Shown piece after piece: positions 62,801 to 64,000 of a DNA stretch of 64,000 nt (position 1 is its first letter; each line of letters begins with the position of its first letter). The notes under the pieces were generated by a model. It searched no databases. It saw only the letters and a program-made list of their open reading frames with translations, and was not told the DNA's origin. Source of the DNA: Podarcis cretensis (Eukaryota); NCBI GenBank assembly GCA_951804945.1, contig OX638156.1:38564001-38628000 (forward strand), written 5' to 3'. A program made the translations under genes and the position numbers.

Positions 62801-63808
62801 ATAGTTAGGAGGGCTTCTCCAGCTGACCACAGTTAGCTGGCTGGTATAAGAGCATAGGGCCTGTTTCTCATGAGGACATATTTCTTTCTAGTGTAGGGTT
62901 TAAATTGTTTTTGCTCCTTAAGAGCAAAATTCTTATGTACGTTCACATTCTTATGTGTACCAATACACTTTAACATTTGCGTAAAATTTTATAGCCCCAA
63001 GTGGCTTACAGAAAATCTTCATAATTATATTAAAATCTCAAACTGCAAAACTGTTACACAGTTGGAATTGGTTGCAGTAAAAAAACACAGATATTTTATT
63101 GGCGAGACTTTAAATATGTCTCAGTTTTATTACTCAGGTGACTCGCAACTTGTGTGCATTTAACTTGTGCAGTTGATGGCTGACCAGTTGAAATTGCACA
63201 AATTAAATGCATGGACGTCTGAGAACTTAAACACTCTTTTTGCACATTGTTTTCCCAGCACAAAAAGAGCTTTTAAGCTCTCAGACTTGCTTACTGGGCT
63301 CTGGGAGGATCTTGAATAATCTCAGACAGTCCCATGAGATCTTGTGGAAAACTCTTTGCCTTGCCTGGGGGCGTGGGTGTTATAAGACTCATTCAGCACA
63401 ACAGCTCCAGAAGGTAAGGATAGTCATGTGGGAGAGATTTGACTATACGTGTTTTTGAGTATATGCACTGTCCCTGGAACATAACCCCTGTGCAAGTTGC
63501 GAGTGACCTGTGCCTATTAAGGTTTTCATTTCTGATTTACTACATTCTAGAGGTGAAATGTTGTGTTGAAGTGAAATGCTGTTAATCTTAGGTGTGTGAA
63601 GAAAGGGCATTTTAGAACCTCATGGTGGCTTCACTGATTCTTCTACTTTGACAGACTGGATCTTGTGCTCTACCGCAAGTGCCAGGGAGATGCATCCCGA
63701 CTTTGCCATACACGCGGCTGGAATGAGACGAGTGAGATGATTCCTCCTGGGGCCATCTTCTCCTGCCTGTACAGACATGCCTATCGTACAGAGGAACAGG
63801 GGAGGAGG
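20166..63808 (+). CDS. GLG1: Golgi glycoprotein 1 (MG-160/ESL-1/CFR), exons 1-11; gene continues beyond the window
   Basis: Exons 20166-20564, 42624-42656, 44622-44708, 50886-51101, 51609-51812, 52422-52493, 53314-53497, 57377-57591, 61503-61624, 62026-62127, 63655-63808 are all GT-AG and in frame. They encode a signal peptide followed by Cys-rich GLG1 repeats nearly identical to recalled human GLG1. Confidence 0.97.
21822..22013 (-). mobile_element. tRNA-derived squamate SINE, degraded
   Basis: aggaagctgccttatattgagtcagatcattg...cctacctggag...agatgctttaccattg (reverse tRNA-like head). Confidence 0.6.
22298..22505. mobile_element. pogo/Tigger-type MITE, subfamily B
   Basis: TA|CAGTGGTACCTC...GAGGTACCACTG|TA; co-linear with 18696-18909. 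Confidence 0.9.
24832..24925. mobile_element. Terminal fragment of the hAT family seen intact at 39431-39891
   Basis: cactgttagaaactgagata...gctaggag...acctaggtt...ggcgc...aatgtctagg matches 39431-39520. Confidence 0.55.
26128..26350 (-). mobile_element. MIR/CORE-like SINE
   Basis: T-rich tail, tgtgaggtaggttagactgagatacagtgactggcccaaggtcaccc, gggatttgaactc. Confidence 0.7.
27325..27400. repeat. Degenerate ATGATACAA minisatellite
   Basis: Five to six imperfect atgatacaa units with variable A spacers. Confidence 0.8.
28984..29243. mobile_element. Half of a hAT element (one TIR only), inverted relative to 39431-39891
   Basis: CAGTGTTCAAAATTA TIR; aatgaagatgtcc...cctaacatctcca...agccaggtgaatc match the reverse complement of 39659-39891. 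Confidence 0.75.
29233..29700 (-). pseudogene. SLAIN2: SLAIN2 pseudogene fragment (purine-rich 5' UTR plus about 125 N-terminal codons), antisense in GLG1 intron 1
   Basis: GCACC-ATG at 29608 gives MKDINSNVN, then a frameshift, then VQELEKQLEKQNKQLHIHS...SLLDEVEPLEAKELEQL. Recalled human SLAIN2 reads [35 protein letters not shown]...GLLDEVEPLRPDELERL. The copy has a frameshift, a short deletion, a stop and apparent CpG decay. Confidence 0.85.
29913..30130. mobile_element. pogo/Tigger-type MITE, subfamily B (inverted orientation)
   Basis: TA|CAGCGGTACCTCGG...AAGGTGCCACTG|TA. Confidence 0.88.
31320..31585 (-). mobile_element. RTE-clade LINE reverse transcriptase fragment
   Basis: YPKSQWGF..DMIFLLHQLQEKC / PLHIVFIYLTKVFDLVSQKGLFTLLNKIGCPPKL, RTE RT motifs. 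Confidence 0.85.
34104..34233 (-). mobile_element. tRNA-derived SINE with CR1-type tail
   Basis: tagaattgtagatttggaaggg...tgcaatgcaggga...atgctctaccaactgaactat. Confidence 0.65.
34955..35091 (+). mobile_element. tRNA-derived SINE with CR1-type tail
   Basis: A box atagctcaattgg, B box ggtttgatccc, tail ttcctgcattgcagggggttgg...ccaactctatgattcta. Confidence 0.75.
35150..35525 (-). mobile_element. Old L2 LINE fragment
   Basis: Co-linear decayed similarity to 48060-48425 (tccttcagatat, actttaaaggt, ctttcaaaagcagtcccacata). Confidence 0.55.
36654..36833. mobile_element. pogo/Tigger-type MITE with mismatched TIR variants
   Basis: TA|CAGTCATACCTCC...GGAGGTACCACTG|CA. Confidence 0.85.
36888..37242 (+). 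mobile_element. Sauria SINE, full length
   Basis: GGGACGCGGGTAGCGCTGTGGGTTAAA head, B box GGTTCGAATCC, CTGCCAACCTAGCAGTT core, (ACCTTT)n tail. Confidence 0.92.
37392..37525 (-). mobile_element. tRNA-derived SINE with CR1-type tail
   Basis: tcatagaatcatagggttggaagggacc...cctgcaatgcaggaat...cttgaaccc...gctctaccagctgagctat. Confidence 0.75.
37866..38069. mobile_element. hAT-Charlie-like MITE
   Basis: CAGGG...CACTG ends flanked by ctttagaa / ttttagag (NTCTAGAN-like target). Confidence 0.5.
38737..39005 (+). mobile_element. Severely 5'-truncated L1-type retroposed 3' end
   Basis: 17-bp TSD aagaaaatgatattgtc (38720-38736) / aagaaaatgacattgtc (39006-39022); AATAAA followed by an A-rich tail. Confidence 0.75.
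39431..39891. mobile_element. Complete non-autonomous hAT element
   Basis: TIRs CAGTGTTAGATA / TTTCGAACACTG; 8-bp TSD ctagtaga (39423-39430) / ctagcaga (39892-39899). Confidence 0.8.
41593..41851. mobile_element. pogo/Tigger-type MITE, subfamily A (inverted relative to 9369-9600)
   Basis: TA|CAGTGGTACCTC...GAGGTATCACTG|TA; interior is the reverse complement of the 9369 copy. Confidence 0.9.
42624..42656 (+). CDS. GLG1: GLG1 exon 2 (33 nt)
   Basis: ttccag|PDNEISSDCNH|gtaagt. Confidence 0.93.
44622..44708 (+). CDS. GLG1: GLG1 exon 3
   Basis: LLWNYKLNLTTDPKFESVAREVCKSTISE|gtaagg. Confidence 0.95.
45888..46247 (-). mobile_element. Sauria SINE, CpG-rich (young) variant
   Basis: (AAAGGT)3 tail on the + strand, ttcgaactgctaggttggcagg core, ggattcgaacc B box, aacccacagcgccacc head. 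Confidence 0.92.
46975..47214. mobile_element. pogo/Tigger-type MITE nested in the L1 RT domain
   Basis: TG|CAGTGATAC...GTACCACTA|TA; removing it plus one TA restores ATT AAT AAT GAG AAA ACA AAA. Confidence 0.8.
47843..48479 (-). mobile_element. L2 LINE 3' portion nested in L1
   Basis: (TAA)n tail; minus-strand VVHALVISR and RAFSVV..PALWNALP motifs typical of L2 ORF2. Confidence 0.88.
50886..51101 (+). CDS. GLG1: GLG1 exon 4
   Basis: IKECADEPVGKGYLVSCLVDHRGN...KCGSIRLGEK. Confidence 0.96.
51609..51812 (+). CDS. GLG1: GLG1 exon 5
   Basis: DVHSQGEVVACLEKGL...ACRDDRERFCEN. Confidence 0.96.
52422..52493 (+). CDS. GLG1: GLG1 exon 6
   Basis: TQAGEGRVYKCLFNHKFEDSMSEK. Confidence 0.95.
53314..53497 (+). 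CDS. GLG1: GLG1 exon 7
   Basis: CRDALTTRQKLIAQDYKVSYSLAKSC...CLESAVHR. Confidence 0.96.
56215..56261. repeat. (GT)n-(GC)-(AC)n compound microsatellite containing a perfect palindrome
   Basis: Alternating purine-pyrimidine throughout; self-complementary over 56228-56261. Confidence 0.9.
57377..57591 (+). CDS. GLG1: GLG1 exon 8
   Basis: RQVSSECQGEMLDYRRMLMEDFSLSPEII...CQQS. Confidence 0.96.
61503..61624 (+). CDS. GLG1: GLG1 exon 9
   Basis: LQTLIQEADPGADYRIDRALNEACESVIQTACKHIRAGDP. Confidence 0.96.
62026..62127 (+). CDS. GLG1: GLG1 exon 10
   Basis: ILSCLMEHLYTEKMVEDCEHRLLELQYFISRDW. Confidence 0.96.
63135..63510. mobile_element. Tigger/pogo-like MITE
   Basis: 18-bp TIRs caggtgactcgcaacttg / caagttgcgagtgacctg (1 mismatch). 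Confidence 0.75.
63655..63808 (+). CDS. GLG1: GLG1 exon 11
   Basis: LDLVLYRKCQGDASRLCHTRGWNETSE...YRTEEQGRR|gtaggc. Confidence 0.96.
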
Positions 63809-64000
63809 GTAGGCACCAGTCAGTTGCTTTAGCAGTCCTCCTTTATTGGAAAATGAATGTGATTTGGGGGTGTGTGCTAGTTTATCTGTGGCTTCAAATG
63901 TAAGCTTTGAATATCTCTTTAAGGCAGCAGAGAAACTGAACAGGTTATACTGGGGGAAAGCATGGAGGCAAGCCAACTATAGTCCACTCTACAGGTCACC

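Overview
Eukaryotic DNA from a squamate reptile, most likely a lacertid lizard (inferred from Sauria SINEs, young L2/L1 LINEs and squamate-type MITEs). Three spliced genes lie in tandem on the + strand, in the order I recall for human 16q23. They are the last 3 exons of MLKL (90-3416), the complete RFWD3 gene (12 coding exons, 5684-17061, 714 aa by my splice reconstruction) and the first 11 exons of GLG1 (20166-63808, continuing past the window end). All reconstructed introns are GT-AG and phase-consistent. RFWD3 and GLG1 each have a CpG-island promoter. Introns hold many mobile elements: pogo/Tigger-type TA-flanked MITEs, hAT MITEs with 8-bp TSDs, SINEs, L1/L2/CR1/RTE fragments and a solo LTR. 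Two observations stand out. (1) A decayed SLAIN2 5' fragment sits antisense in GLG1 intron 1 and is fused to half of a hAT element at a short junction motif. (2) An 829-bp solo LTR in RFWD3 intron 1 contains a 234-codon reading frame that is open from the LTR edge, is broken by one TGA, and encodes an acidic Ser-rich tract with a basic NLS-like end. Homology calls come from remembered protein sequences, not database searches.
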